From NCBI RefSeq assembly GCF_009914755.1, contig NC_060926.1: 64,000 nucleotides of DNA; one strand, given 5' to 3'. The position numbers were made by a program, and so were the translations under genes. The DNA is from the human T2T-CHM13v2.0 reference genome, Homo sapiens. The notes under the pieces were generated by a model. It did no database searches. It was not told where the DNA came from and saw only the letters and a list, made by a program, of their open reading frames with translations. Of this stretch, positions 15,016-28,305 are shown in pieces (within the stretch, counting starts at the first letter, position 1; the number at the start of each line of letters is the position of its first letter).

Positions 15016-15239
15016 CACCTCCTAGGCTATATTTTCTTAAACACTGAACTCCTGACTAATCTTCCTGATAGGTATGTCCAGTCATGTCAGTCCCCTTCTC
15101 AGGGATCATTCCCAAGTACTAAGGGAGGTAAGGGAGTGATTTTGACTGTGGCCTGTGGCAACTGACTGTCTTGATTTGAAACTTTTTTTTTCAGTACATC
15201 AAATCCTTTAAAGTCTCCTTTGTTCAATGTTAAGCTCTT

Positions 15240-15355
15240 TAAGAGTGAGACTGAGGCTTATTGATCCACGTATCTGTGATAAGTACCTGGTCCATGGACT
15301 TACCCACAGTACTCACCATATAGATATTTATAGGAAGACGCTTAACTGAACAGGT
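15240..15355 (+). mobile_element. L2 LINE 3' end
   Basis: aagctctttaagag...cttacccacagtactcaccatatagatatttataggaag...tgaa is a degenerate L2 terminus. Confidence 0.45.
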
Positions 15356-17126
15356 GAACATTATTTTAAAGATAATTTTGATTACATAATTTAAAGAGGC
15401 TAATGTGGCTGCTTTTTGAATACTGATAGAATTAGATGAGAAAATCAAACTTTTGTTAAGTGGTGTCAGAGAAGAATACAAATAAGTATACAATAATGCA
15501 GTACAGTGATCACAAAGACAAAATGAGGTCCATCTCTAATTTTGTTGTGAAAGGATACAATCTATTAGACAAATTGAGTTCCTTTGTCTAATCAAGATCA
15601 TCATTCTAGCAGAACATCCTCAATTGAATATCCTGTATTCTAGCACTCTCTCATTCTATTCCATGTTCCTTTGCATTCACTTCATCTACTTCATGACTTG
15701 TAGGATCCTCTAAATCATAAAATCTATTTTAGGTCTTCCAGAAGCTCCATCATCTATTTTTGGGTTCTGGCAGTAGAAAAGGAATTGCATTCTCTCAGTG
15801 CTTCAACCAAATTAGAAATTCTGCTCAAGAACCAAGGGTCAAGGACATAGTCTTGCCTCACAGGTGTGTTACACTGGACTGCCACTCGACTGGGAAGCCT
15901 TACAATATGCAGTTGGGACAAGGCATTCCTTGTATGCAGAATGTAGGAAAAAGTACTTCTTGAGGGGAATCTACTTTAAATTCAAGGATACATAATTGTC
16001 CTGGGAACCTTGCAAATATTGAAACAAGTTAATCTGCAAGGGTGGAATTTAAACACATGTCTAGAGAGATAGTGGTCCTTTCATCCAGGGTACTAAAATT
16101 AGACCAGTTCACCCAGTATCACCCACTGCCTTTTACACTCTGAACGATACTGGAAACCTTAGTTTCTCCATTCTTCCATCTGTAATATGGAACTAACAAC
16201 AGTACTCATATGATAACATTATTTTGAAGATTTGCGAGCTATAAACTGTGATATCTCCAAACACATAAAAAGTTCTCAATGAAATAATAGTAAATATGCC
16301 ATTATTGTAAAGTATTATCATATCATTATTCTAAGGTTGATTCTACATGGGGTGTAGCCAAGACCCTTCTAATGGGGTTTTGAAGGCTATGAAAAAGCCC
16401 TCTGCCCCCTATACCTAGTGCTAGTATAATGCATTGGTTAGTTTTAAGATTTGTAGAAGAAGCATTTAGAAGAAAGGAAAGATCTGGCCCACAGTGCTGA
16501 CCTGGGATAAAGTGTCATAATGGAGGACATAATTGTTTATACAGAGACAGCATCTAAAACGTGTCAGGTAAAAGGCTATGTAGACCTAGATTGACAAACC
16601 ATCAATATTGGCACATTAAAGGAATATGTAATCCCTTCCTAGAGAAAGACAAACCAGAAAATGATTGCAACACAATGGCATCATCGTGCTAACATATGTA
16701 AATACAAGAACTGTAGAGAATGAAGTATCTAATATTTTCAGGTTAAGTGTGAATGCTTTACAGGAAAGGTTCTATTGTCTATGTACACCAATGCCTGAGA
16801 GCCAGTTTGTCATGCAGACAAAAGAAATCAGCATGTGTAGAGACAATGGAAAGACCAAGAAAGGAGTCTCTAGAGATTTGAAATTAGTTTGGTGTTAATT
16901 TAGAGTATATGACAGATGGGGTCTGAGGGCATCATTAGTAATAGGAGAGACTAGAACAAAATGCTGGGATTTATTATTAGAGATCCTACATGGGAAGCAG
17001 TCTGTTCTGAATTCTGCCTTAGGAGTGTGATCAGGAGCTGATATTATCAGAATTTAAAAATTATTTCTGACAGCAAAGTCAAAGGAATGTGGGAGAAGGC
17101 AGCAAACACAGCCTGAAGGCCTACAG

Positions 17127-17310
17127 CAGCACCTCTCCAACTGTGGTTCCCAGACCAGCAGTATCAGCATAACCTGGAAACTCGACTGAGAAATGAGAAA
17201 TTCAAATTCTCATTTTTGTTTTTCATCCCAGAAATCCTGAATCAGAAACTCTGCAGCCCAGACATTGGTGTTTGAACAAACTCTCTGGAGCATTGAGATG
17301 TTTGCTAGAC
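17127..17310 (+). mobile_element. MER5A hAT-Charlie MITE
   Basis: tgtggttcccagaccagcagtatcagcataacctggaaact...aaattctc...ctgaatcagaaactctg. Confidence 0.8.
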
Positions 17311-18419
17311 AAATCCTTTCCCTTTATTCAAGTAATTATGTGCTATTTCCTTCCAGCAGAGTCAGTGAAGATGGACAGGAGTAACAACATTGGAAATAGT
17401 GATGAGTTTAAAGTGGGCAGTTGGTGAGAAGGAGATGCTAAGAATGAATTTGTTTAGACAATCAAGTCTATAAAGCCTAAAAAGCAGTTACAGAATAAAG
17501 GATAATGCAATGGGATGATTTGGAGGAGAAAAGCGGTTTTAGAGACCTGTAGAAGCAAAACATTACAATTAGAACACAGAACATTTGTCAGGAGGAAGTA
17601 CCTGCAGTGGGGGTGCAGAGAGAAAAGAGAAAAACAACTTTATTTACATCCTGGATTTGATCTAATGTTATCTACGATTCTCATGAGCTTCAGTGGTTTT
17701 AGAATTGGTCCACATGAAAATAATTGATTTTCTTTATCTTTTTAATAGGGAAGGACCAGAGCTGGAGAGAAATTGGTAGAGACAACCTAGTACTTGATAT
17801 ATTGATATGCAATAAATATAACACATTCTCTTCCATAACTCACTACTAAAAATATCTGAATCCCATCCTCCATCAATTTACAGAAGCTCAGATATTTGTG
17901 AGCCCCACACAGTTCCGACTAAAGTTCTTTGTTTCTGCCTCTCAGGCCCTTACCAATTCTCAGTTTGACAGTGTTCTTTTCCCAAGTAATTTGAAGTAAT
18001 TTTATATGTGAAGCTTCATGAGACACTTCCTCAAATTCTTTGCTTTATTCCAGATATATAGCATCCACTGCACACTCTCAGGCACTAATCCTATAATTCT
18101 CAGTGAGTTTGACTGTTGTGATGTTCTTTCTCCTCCAGCTTCACTTCAACTCCTTGTGAAATTCCTAGGCTCAGAACAACAGGGCAGTAGGGTGAGGAGC
18201 AGGCAAGAATAGGAGCAGTAATTAGGGTGAGCAACTGGGGGATACAGGGGAATTCACAGTATCTATAAAGGAAAACAACACTAATGAAGGAGTATGAAGT
18301 GTAGAGAAGAGAGGAAAGGACACAGCATTGCTTCCACAAGCTGGAATACTAAAGATAGAAGTATTTTTAAATGGTCAGCCCCAGGAATTATAATGAATAG
18401 GTACTCCCTCATTTTCAGT

Positions 18420-18550
18420 GATCTCCCTTAGGCCACAGGAAGTCAAGAAACATTTTTGTCTTCTTCACCATGCTACCTTAGATACCCACTGCCAACCTTG
18501 TCAAAAATCAGGCACTCCTTAAAAATTTGTTGTAATGTATGAATGAATGC
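18420..18550 (+). mobile_element. L2 LINE 3' end
   Basis: ttgtcttcttcacca...aggcactccttaaaaatttgttgtaatgtatgaatgaatg, ending in the (TGAA)n tail typical of L2. Confidence 0.6.
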
Positions 18551-18744
18551 AACTTCACTGATTCCCAGCTCCATCTCCCTCTAGCCCTGGTGTTCTACCT
18601 GATATCTCCAAAATCACCATGTTATGTATGTCACCTGCTGGATACTTCTCATAACCCATTACCCCACCTAGGTCTAAAAATCTTTGACTACATTTGAAAG
18701 CTAAAGGTTTATACTTCAAGTGATTCAAAAGCCAGCAAAAAAGT

Positions 18745-18961
18745 CCATAAGGTTCATTAAATTTCTATAAAAACCCAGATAGTAAACATTTTATTTTGTG
18801 GTCCAATCTCTATTACAACTACTCAGTTCTATGACTGTAACACAAAAGCAGCCCTAGATAATATGTAAACAAAAGGGCATGGCTATACTTTAATAAAATT
18901 TTATTTCCAATAGTCAGTGGGCCAGATTTGGCCCCTGGGTCTAAACTTTGCTAGCCTCCTG
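18745..18961 (+). mobile_element. MER58A hAT-Charlie MITE
   Basis: ccagatagtaaacatttt...tctctattacaactactcagttct...aaagcagccctagataatatgtaaac...gggccagatttggccc...tttgctagcctcctg. Confidence 0.85.
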
Positions 18962-19074
18962 AGATGTAAGTCTTTCCCTATCTATCTGAGTAGTTCTGGT
19001 ATTATTGCAAGATATCTAGACAAAATATTGTTATCAATGGTCCAACCAAATATTGAAACAAGGAGAAATCTTTG

Positions 19075-19300
19075 AGCCTAATATAATGGTAGTGAAAACA
19101 AATTCTAAAGTCAGACTGCCTAGAATTATACTGAGCTTATCTGTTTACTCTAAGTTCTTAGCCAATAGATATGTTTTCTTTAAGTTCCATTATCTTTTTC
19201 ATAAAATGGGAAAATACTGCATACCTGTAGTTTAGGGTTCTCGTGAAAATAATCCATGTGAAACATAACAGTGACTGGCACAGAGTAAGAACTCAAGGAA
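19075..19300 (+). mobile_element. MIR SINE
   Basis: tctaaagtcagactgcctag...tcataaaatgggaaaatactgcatacct...acagtgactggcacagagtaagaactcaa. Confidence 0.7.
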
Positions 19301-22300
19301 AAGAGTGCTGGCCAAAACGGAAACTCAAGATCAAGTGATTTGCTCAAGTTTTAACAGTTTTTGACAATGTTCCATAAATATATAATGCTTTGACATACTG
19401 AAATGGTGCCACCAATATTAGGCAAAGATGCCCTGCAGTTTGAGGTCAGAGAAATGTGTTTGCCCTTCTTATGTGACATGTACCAATGAAACTGAATCTA
19501 TTCCAGAGATATTGGAGTGCTGATTGATGAAGATACCAATTTAATCACTTACAGCAATCTGCTAAGATATTGTGCTGTCTTTTTAGGTAATGATCAATTG
19601 TAGGCAGAATATACTTTGACTTTTTTAACATCTGCTTTCATACTGGTTAAGTATATATCTCTACTGTTCAATCATTTTATGAAAAAAGTTCAGGGAACAT
19701 GAGTAGGAATAAACAAAATTGCTGACTCACTATGCAGCATACAATCTGCATGCATTACTCTGCTTCCTGCATCACAATTAGTCAGAATTCATTATTTAGT
19801 TCATTTCCAACCTGATCTTCCAAGACATCTGCTAACAGATACCAAGTTCAAGTTGATTTTTGAAAAATAATAACATTTTCCAGTGTGTGCATGGCCACGC
19901 AATAAAAAAGTCAGATAGAGCTGCCCATTTGTTGACACAAATAGGTAATGCTACATGCAACAAAATTGGTACAAGCCTAGAACTGGTGAGACAAGACTCA
20001 CTGATAAATGGAAGAGAAGCAAGTTTATTCTCATAAGCACATGTTAAAGCTTTTTAAAGCAGGGTTTTAGAATTATCAGCTATTAAATTAGCAGTTTTGC
20101 CTTTAAAGATAACTGCAAAGCAGAAACAAACCCAGAAAGCAGATCACATAACTCTTAGTTTTTTTCCCCATTAAATTATGCTATCATATGAATCATGCAG
20201 ATGTATATAATTATTAGGTATAATAATTTCAAGCTCTTTTTTACTCTCCATTTAATTATATTCTATAAAAACCCACATGAATTATTCAAGATTGTTTTAT
20301 ATGTGCAAAATTGTTTAGTATCATGAAAATACCAGTGTGCATCTACAGATTGTTTATTCCCTTTATTTCACAATTGAATCAGTTTTCTCAGAACCTTATG
20401 CTCCTAAGGCTGAGCTATTACACTATCACTCCAGGAAAGAGAAGGAGAAGGTAGGGTCCCTGAAGAAAAAGAGGTTACTACTCCATTGACTTAGTTGACG
20501 GTTTTTGATAGTTGATAGTGGTTTTTTTTTTTTTAAGCCAACATGAAAGTGTAAGATAAGAAATACTAAATTTAAAATCTAATTAACGGCATTCATGTCA
20601 GGCCATATTATGTCTTGGAGTTTACACCTACCAGGAAAGACAAGCTCCTGGAGAAAATGTGGAGTGTGTAAAGAATCTGCCCCTGCTAGATCAGAGATCT
20701 GATGGAAGCAGAAGGAGACTGACACATAGGAGCAGACATATCCTCCTTTTTTCTTGGGGTGGTGGGAAAGAAGAGAGAGAGAGAGATTCAGGTGATTTTA
20801 GGATGTCTGAAACCATTGCAGACCAAGGCACCCAAGCCTTAAGAGAAACTGTGCAAATTAGTACTTCTAATATGGTTGAGAAGCCTAGGTTCAGTGCCGT
20901 AGGTGTGAAATGTTGGTATAAATGAAACTGATGCCTTGTCCCTGGCTTTTCCTCAGCTACATGTGGAATGCTGGGCACCACAGGGTCCTGCATCTTTGAT
21001 GAATTTGCTGAAAGAGGCTCAGATTCTGGTCCAGTAAACCAGGGTGTGGCTTAGCAATCATGAGAAATTCCTTGGACTAAGTAATCCAGTGGATAACCCC
21101 AAATTACTCAATATGCAATAGAGAACAGTGAAAATCAAGGAAAACTGAATCCTTATAGAAGCCTGTTTTCCCCACAACTACAAGATATGTTAAGTCCTTA
21201 TATATTAATGTGTTCAGATACCATGAAGGGGACTAAAAGAAGATAACAGAACTCAGAGATTAGTAATTTCTCTAAATACACTGAATCATCCATTCAAGCC
21301 TATTTACCGCAATTATGTGAGAGAGAAAACTTTCAATAGGCTAAATATGTAAACTTGAAAGAGAATATATAAACTACAAGAGAATAGGATGCTTTTGATT
21401 GGGGAAATTAACTCTCTCATCTACTTGGTGGGATAAAGATTCACGAGGAAGGTAAGATCAGCTACAGAGATTAATAGGGGAATATGATAAGATCAAGTAA
21501 TACAAAGAAGTTACATGAGCTAGATAAAGCTCTTTTGAAAGGCTCTGGAGACTCCGTAATGCATAACTGGATCCACATACTAAACTAGTTTAATTTAGGA
21601 AAGGATAAAAGGAATAAAAATCACAAGATAATTTTATGAAATAAATTGTCTGTCTGTATCTAGGTAATAAGATTTATCATTCTATTTTAAAAATGAGGGA
21701 ACTAAATCTCATAAAGATTTAAACAGTGTTATTAGGACCACCTATCCAAGACTATGGGAGGCCTGAGACGATTGCAGAACATCTGCTAGTATAAACTTCA
21801 AGAATCTCTCTGTAGTCTAAATTTTTTTGGGGAAAATAAAGTGCCCACATCAACAAAACTAATCACATGTATGTATGTTGTACCTACATATCAAAATCAG
21901 TTGGGTTTTAGATGATTCACGCGATCTGAATTAATTTAAGGGAAGATATTAATATTTACCAAATTAAAATAGTGTGCCAATTTCTGGAAAATTACTCATA
22001 TTAAAAATGTGATCTTTAATGCTGAAGAAAATGATCGGAAAAAAATAATAGAACTCATTAATCAGCCTTCATATGTAGCTATATAACCTATAAGCTAGCA
22101 CTTATTCATGGACCTCAGAAGTTTACTGATGCTTCCTTTATTAGGAAGTTCCGGGTATACCTAAAGAGGCCCACACGTTTCTCTGAAAACTTCCTAGAAG
22201 AACTTGAAAATAGAAAACATGATAATGTAATGATTAATACATCTTTGTTTCTTTCACCATAAACAAAATTAGGAGAGGAGAATAAACTTACTTCAGAACA

Positions 22301-23932
22301 GTAAAAGATAATGTATTAAATTTAATAGGGGGAATTTCACTTTAATTTACAAATTGTTTCCAGAATCAAAACAGTACAGTCTTTATTAAGTTCTGTATCT
22401 CTTCAGCCTTACATTTAATTTTCAATCACAGGAAATACCAATTTGTCTTAATTAATTTTTTTTTCTCTTTTTTTTGGATGGGGTGAGGCAGCTCAAGCCT
22501 AGTTATTTGGAATTTCTGTATGTTTATTAATGAGTTCTGTTCTTGACCTCTGGGGTCATAAAAAATTATTTATAGAATTCCTAATGCAAGCTCAAGTATA
22601 CAGGAAACAAATATTTTTCATTTACTTTTCTCTCTTTTATTGAATATTTTGGACTACTTTTTATTATTGTACTGCCATCTTTGAATCAGGATTCTACCAG
22701 ACTATTACACTGTCAGGTGACATGTATAATATAGAAGATGTTGCTCACAGGTAGAGGCAAAATCTTTGGGAAACATGTAACTGACTACTACAGAGAGAGA
22801 AATTGTTAATCTTATAAAGAGCGTCCGCATATATTAGTAGGATTTTAATAATCTCATAATTATATCTTTCCATAAAGGCAAAAAATAACCTGTCAATTCC
22901 ATAGACACAAAAAGAAAAAGGCCAATATCTGGCTTAATTTTATATTTATAAAGAAATCAAGTTAGTTATAATTATAAAATGCTGAAGTCTATCAATGCTT
23001 TAACTTCTCAGGATGTAAAAAGTGAATTCTTGTCAATTGAGATATTTTAGAAATTCAGCTTAAAGAATTAATATCTATATATCAGAAGAACATATAGATT
23101 AAATGCATTGGGTTCTCTAGTTTACACCAAAAAATGTGTATTTAAGAGATATGAAATAGAAACCCAGTTATGTGCTTAATTATGCAGGACCGAAGGAGAA
23201 TTATATTGTCCATGGGCAGAAGAGTTCATCTATCCTTCAGGAATTTAAAGCAAGGACTTACTGTCTTCAGATTGAAATTGGAGTCAGACAAATCAAGTGA
23301 AAATGCAATGATGAACTAGAAAAAACATGCAAAGTCTGGAAACACACATTTTCATGGGCCTAAAATTTTTCTCCCATCTAGCTGTGTGAAGTTAAATAAT
23401 TTGATTAAGCTCTCTGGCCCTCAGATTCACCACAGATAAAGCCCTAGTTGTATAAAATACACAATTTGTGTAACAGAGGGCAACAATGTAAATACCTCTT
23501 TAAAGTGTTTTATAGTTTTCAATTACTTTTATATAAATTGTTTTAATATGTAATTAATATGGATACATGAATCAATTTTCAAAAAAGTTCATAATTCCAA
23601 ATTTGTTAACAAATTGGAATAACAAATAACAACAGCTTTTAACCCCCCATCTACCCAATCAGACTTTTTCTGTTTAGCAGTTGTTACCCCTACACACTAA
23701 AACTTTAAGCAAGTCTACTAGAGCAGAAATATTGTGGGTTTTTTGCTCACTGTTCTTAGCACAGATTGACCTATAAGATACTATTATTGAGTGAAATATA
23801 TCATTCAGTATTCTCTAGATTATTCTGCAGTAAGTAAAGCATCCAAATCCTACTCAATGTGTACAAAAAAGTGTTAAAGTTTTGTTCATATTACTTGTCT
23901 GGTGGGTCAGCAATGAGTCCACCTAATGGCAG

Positions 23933-24622
<690 letters not shown>

Positions 24623-25363
24623 TGAGTAGTCACTCAGAAACATGGGCTAAATGAGGTTTCATCTGGCAAGGCAAAGAACAAAAATGTGGAGGATTGTACT
24701 CTGATTCACAAATCTTATGTTCACATGTGGTATAAATCATTGCCTCATACATTAAATTGCGCAAAACAAATCTTACAGCCACAGTCAACTTCAAAAAGCA
24801 CGTCTCCAAGAGAAGAAGCAGGATATTCATGCACATTTACAGGCTCAAATTGAGGTTTTTAATTTGGGGTAAATCCAATGGGGGCTGGATTAACCTATCC
24901 TCTTCTTTTTATAAGAATTATATACTTTGAAAAACTGCTTTAATTTATCCACCTGTCCCGAAATCTTAGCTTTGTTTTACATCTGTGTTTTGATTTGCAA
25001 TGTTCTGTCTCCCTGGATAGTCTCCTTATGCTTTCTGCAAAATTTTCCAAATTAATAACCAAATTAATCTTCTTTTCTACCATAAATCTTTACAAATACA
25101 AAACAAAGTCAAGTCAGCATGCCTGTTCACCGTTGTGAATCCCCATAGGATTTGGCTCCACCGTTGATTTGGCACTTGAAATACGCTGCCATGAATTACA
25201 TAAAGTACCATGGAGTCAAGAATACTATAAGAAACATCTAGATGATGCACTGCCCTTCAAAGCGCACACAGTATATACTATATGACTTTTTAGCAATTCA
25301 TGATATTGCAAACCCTTAATCAAGGATAAGTGTCATAAAGTTCTCTAGCTTTCAGATCATTAT

Positions 25364-25436
25364 TTATTGCTGTACAGAGAAAGTATTCTTATTACTGTAC
25401 ATAGAAAGTATTCTTATTTCTGTACATAGAAAGTAC
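25364..25436. repeat. 25-bp tandem repeat, about 2.9 copies
   Basis: ttattgctgtacagagaaagtattc / ttattactgtacatagaaagtattc / ttatttctgtacatagaaagtac. Confidence 0.9.
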
Positions 25437-25559
25437 AACGAAAATATTTGGTTGACCTCTGACTTTAAAACTCAACTATTATTTTATTCCTCATTGGTAT
25501 AGTGGTGAGTACCCCCACCTGTCCACTATCATTTTATATCGATATGAAATGATACACTT

Positions 25560-25850
25560 ATATTGCAATGGATATTAGCATGTTTGTAAAATAATTTGGC
25601 AGTATATGTCAAGGGTCTTAAATATTATTACCCTCTGGCAAGGTAATTTCATTTCAATATATGTATTCTAAGAAAATGATCCTAAATTCTACAAAATAAA
25701 ATGCAAAATATGCTTTTAACAGCATCATTGTACTAACAAATTGTAAACAATATAAATGCCAAACTGAAAGGCAATAATTAAACAATGTCATATACACTTA
25801 AGAACCACCAAAAATAAGTTAGAAATTTTATATAATGCTATGAAACAAGT
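25560..25850 (+). mobile_element. L1ME-type ancient LINE 3' fragment
   Basis: aatttggcagtatatgtcaagggtcttaaa...gtaatttcatttc...cagcatcattgt...aattgtaaacaatataaatgcca. Confidence 0.6.
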
Positions 25851-25854
25851 TGGC

Positions 25855-25976
25855 GGCTGGGCGCGGTGGCTCACGCCTGTAATCCCAGCACTTTGGGAGG
25901 CCGAGGTGGGCGGATCACGAGGTCAGGAGATCAAGACCGTCCTGGCTAACACAGTGAAACCCCGTCTCTACTAAAA
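25855..25976 (+). mobile_element. AluY left arm only
   Basis: ggctgggcgcggtggctcacgcc...cggatcacgaggtcaggagatcaagaccgtcctggctaacac...ctactaaaa, followed by non-Alu sequence. Confidence 0.92.
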
Positions 25977-26531
25977 TTTTGAGAATATTTCTAAAGGTTT
26001 GGAATAGGGCGAGGAAAGAAGAAATAACTTATACAACAGGAATACTCATAGCCAAAACTACTTATTAATCCTAAATTTAGAGGGGTCAGAGAAGTTCACA
26101 GATATGTGAGAATTAACATACTACTAAATAGTGAATCAAATAAGAAATCACAAGGGAAATTAGAAATTTTTGAGATACAAAAATGAAGATACAGCATACC
26201 AAAACTTATGGGATGTAGCTAGAGCAGTGGTTAGAGGGAAATGCATAGCTGTAAGTGTCTGTAATAAATATAAGAATGATCTCAAATCAACAACCTAACT
26301 TTCCATCTAAGGAAACCAGAAAAAGAACATTATAAGCAGAAAGTAACCAGAAAGAAAGAAATAATACATAGTAGATTGAAAAATAATGGCAAAGGAAATA
26401 AATAGCTAATGAAAAACCAAGAACATCAGCAAAATCAAGTTTTTTTTTAATCAACAAAATAGATAAAATTTTAGCTAGACTGGCCAAGAAAAATAGAGCA
26501 GACCAAATTAATACAATAGAGAATGAAAGGG

Positions 26532-27162
<631 letters not shown>

Positions 27163-28305
27163 TACTATAAACAATTATAAGCAAGTTATCTAAAAAATTT
27201 AAATAACTGGATTGAATGAAAAAACCTCTGGAAAGACATAAATTACTGAAACTCAAGAAGAAATAGAAAATACGAATACATGTGTAAAAATTAAAGTGAC
27301 TGAAGTAAAAATCAAGAAAATTATCTTACAGAAAACCCCAAGACCAGCTGGTTTCTCTGGTGAATTCTACTAAACATCCACCAAATAATTGGCACCAATC
27401 CTTCACAGACATTTCCAAAAATGAAAGAGAAGTTTACACTTCTAAAATCATTCTATGAGGCCAGTATTACCCAATAACCTATACCAGGTAAAGAAACCAA
27501 GAAAACTACAGACCAATGTCCTTTATGAATATAGACACAAAAATCTTTAACAAAATACTAGCAAATAGAATCCAGCAATTTATAAAAATGATTATACACA
27601 ATAACCAAGTGGATATATTTAAGAAATTCAGGGTAAGTTCAACATATAAAAATCAATGTAAAATACCATGTTAATAAAATAAAAGTAAAAAACGTAATTA
27701 TCTCGATAGAGACTTTAAAAGATTTGGTAAAATCAACAGTTTTTCATAACAAAACACTCAACATGCCAGAAATAGAAGCAAACTTTCTCAGCCTGATGAG
27801 GGCATATTTAATGTTGAAAGACTGAACTTGCCCCCTAAGATCAGAAACAGAACAAGATGTCCACTCTTACCATTTTTATTTGACATTGAGTTTCTAGTCA
27901 GAGTAATATAGCAAGCAAGAAAATGAAACAAAAGACACTCAGATTGAAAAGAAGTGAAATTATCTCTATTTGCAAAAGGCATGAAATACACATGGAAAAT
28001 TGTATGAAATACACATGCAACTATCAAGCCAAATAATTTCAGCAAGGCTGCTAGATACAAGATCAATATAAACAAATAAAATTTTTCTATATATTAGCAA
28101 TGGACCATCAAAAAGTGAAATTAAAAATAATTTTATGTACAACATAAAAAATAATACTTAGGTAGAAATTTAACCCAAAAAATGCAAAATGTGTACACTG
28201 AAAACCACAAAACACTATTGAAGGAAATTGAAGAGCTAAATAAATAGGAAAGCATCCTAAATTCATGGATTGAAATTTTTCATTTTAAGGTGGTGTATTA
28301 CCTAA

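Noticed and set aside
15564-15592. 10-bp inverted repeat attagacaaa/tttgtctaat
   Set aside because: Short enough to be expected by chance in 64 kb of AT-rich DNA.
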